Source: Nemertoderma westbladi
Lineage: Eukaryota; Animalia; Xenacoelomorpha
Assembly (NCBI GenBank): GCA_032718475.1
Contig: JAUCBJ010001346.1
Coordinates: 16,475-80,474 of the forward strand
Direction of reading: 5' to 3'
Length of the DNA stretch: 64,000 bases
Part shown: positions 61,700-64,000 of the stretch, one piece after another
Layout of the letters: the number at the start of each line of letters is the position of its first letter
Numbering within the stretch: position 1 is the stretch's first letter
The notes under the pieces: model-generated
Told to the model about the DNA's origin: nothing
The model's input: only the letters and a program-made list of their open reading frames with translations
Database searches by the model: none
Program-made: the position numbers and the translations under genes

Positions 61700-63465
61700 A
61701 CAGGTTCTTTATTATCAATTAATTTCTGCCACTAGGGCCATCTTCAGGATATAATCAAAACAAAACGGACAGAAACCACACCGACTACATACAGTTGCTT
61801 ATATTTACATACATGTTACAATAAAAAAGTACAAAAATAGGCCTAGGTAAGTACTGAAGTAACTACAAAAAACCGCAACCAACTACACCACAGCGGTCAT
61901 GTAGTACTGGTCTAGGTACCGGACCGGTACAGGACCCCGGGGTGGGGTGCTGCCCAATATCCCCTCCCTTGTAACTACGCGTAGTTCGTAGTTTTAGGGC
62001 CTATCCTTATTTATATTACATATACGTGACAGCAAATTACTAAACCAGATCCATTCAAAACAATAGTAGCAAGTAAACAACATTAAACAAACATGCACCT
62101 TTAATAATGACACCCCAGGGGAAAAAGACCCAAACACCTATACAGTATGTATTATTTCGTTATCAGTTCTATAATGTGTAATCCTAAACTAAAGAAATAT
62201 ACTTATGTTGGCTGGTTATACCCAACACGTTACGTGGGGGCTTATAGTAAATGAGCGTATTTCTACTGTACAAAATACACAATAGGGCCTACAATCTGTG
62301 CGTAGTTAAGTCGCACCCTAGTTACAAATGTAATGTATAACCCCGTATTATATCCCTAAAGCTTTCCAACATCGGATCCGACATTTAATTAGTATTGGCA
62401 CCAAAATAAATGAAGATATACAGTATGTAAATTGAAGCGTTTTTTTTACACTCATTGAGGAGCAAAACAAACTAAAATAAATTAAACTAAATATCTTCTA
62501 CGAATTTTTATATATAATATGTTTACGAACTTAAACTGAAAACTTTTAAACTAATTTCTAATAGATATATTTACAATACCTAAAACTACATCGCAATATA
62601 CAGTAAATAACTGGAAACAGGAAGTATGATATCCGCACAAATTTCATATTAAATATTTCATATATAATTAATATACTTGCCGACTCCCCCAACGTAGGGT
62701 TATCCAATATGTTGCTTAGACGCAAAATATGTAGTAAATAAGCGTATTTCTACTGTACCATAAGGTACATTAGGGTTCAAAAAATATATGTACGTAACAG
62801 TTTACTAATGTGACGTTTACTTACGAGCTAGATTCCTTTAAACTAAATTTGGGTATTAAAGCCTAAATAAATTTACAATACACAGTCCCGGAGCTTTATA
62901 ATTGGTTTTTTCCGTTCCCAAAACTACATCACCTAAACTCACACATTCATACATCACAAATTCACAACCTACATTCCCAAACTCACATGCGCTTACTTTA
63001 TGTTACATGTAAATCAGTTTATATGATTGATATAATAGTTTCGCCACCAAATAAGAGCGGAACTGCTCGGTAATTATATGGTGTTCAAATTGCGGGTTTA
63101 GACGCATTCCATGGCGGTTTAAACCTGTATATGTAATTTGCCTCGGCATGGATCCTACTCGAGTCATCCCTGAACCTCCGGAAAGCCGTCACTCTCAGGT
63201 TCGATATTGGGCAAGACAGGAAATGCTCAAGAAGGATGTACTCGACGTTGTCGCATACATCCGGTTCAGCTTCCCTTCTGTAAGCCCTCATGGTCGACCT
63301 GTGTTTTGACAGTCGTTCCCGCAGGGCTTGCTCGGTTTGACCGATGTAGAAACCTTCACTGTGAGCTGTACACGTTAAAATATAAAGAACGTTAACCGAT
63401 AGACAATTGAAAGACCCTGTAATCCCCTCCCCCACGGAGTTTCTTTAAAGTCCCTCATTGCATTA
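61700..63465 (-). mobile_element. Penelope-like element 3' part: GIY-YIG endonuclease (63085-63435), long 3' region, hammerhead-like motif
   Basis: FNCLSVNVLYILTC..FYIGQT..LRERLSKH..EANYI..PPWN. CTGAAGA..GAAA plus AATAAA at 61747-61708. Extent of the 3' region is inferred. Confidence 0.8.
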
Positions 63466-63948
63466 TGTAAAAGCCTTTGCTGAATTGCCCCGTTATTTTT
63501 ATTATCTTTTACATTAAAATACTCTGTTGTTGATTTAATAAGTGTAAGAGACCGTATTATTACTGTATCGGTGTTTTTAGAGGATCTAAGACTTATTTCC
63601 TCCGTATGTGTATTGTGAAAGGTATATTTTATGATTCTATGGCAATTTGTGACGCAAAGGAGTGATAGCTACTCTTGAACAGTAGTTACTATGACTACGG
63701 TTAACAGCTGACATTCATACGTGTTGATTTCCTTTGTTCTACGGCGTCTCTCAGCTCAGTCAGCCAATGAGAGCGTTTTTGTGGCTCCTTGTACAGAGAA
63801 TTTCCGAGAAATGACGCAATGCCTATGTGCAGTGTTTTCATTCAGTCTTGAGCCAAAGAAAGAACGGCTTATAAGTATTTTTGTGCTGTACTGCTTTTTA
63901 GTCGTACACTGGTAGGTTTAATTATAAAGGGCATATATCCTTTAACAC
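63466..63948 (+). mobile_element. BEL LTR fragment of the solo-LTR subfamily, abutting the Penelope element
   Basis: TGTAAAAGCCTTTGCTGAATTGCCC, colinear with 9913-10390. Confidence 0.88.
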
Positions 63949-64000
63949 ATCTGATAAATATCACTCCGTAAATATCTCACTGCTGATATACCGGTACTGA

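Overview
AT-rich, repeat-dense eukaryotic (metazoan invertebrate-like) genomic DNA. Host genes: the first three coding exons of flotillin-2 (minus strand, 12196->6727, rest off-window) and an intronless Cys-rich single-pass membrane protein ORF (22493-23365). Flotillin intron 3 is filled from its GT donor onward by a >6.7-kb 40-bp satellite. Most of the rest is transposons: a ~22.5-kb nested complex (BEL/Pao LTR element 34987-57492 containing an RTE LINE and a complete Gypsy element), related BEL LTRs (a solo LTR with TSD and a truncated one), a CRE-clade retrotransposon with a 3' transduction inside a 16-bp minisatellite, further RTE copies, Penelope fragments, a SINE, MITEs and a foldback-like inverted array. 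Top finding: removing the Gypsy insertion in silico rejoins a ~840-codon accessory ORF in the env position of the BEL element. It encodes a DEDDy (WRN/EXD/Mut-7-like) 3'-5' exonuclease fold with an altered ExoIII motif, CCHC-type zinc knuckles and a basic tail. All homology calls are by-eye motif recognition, not database searches.
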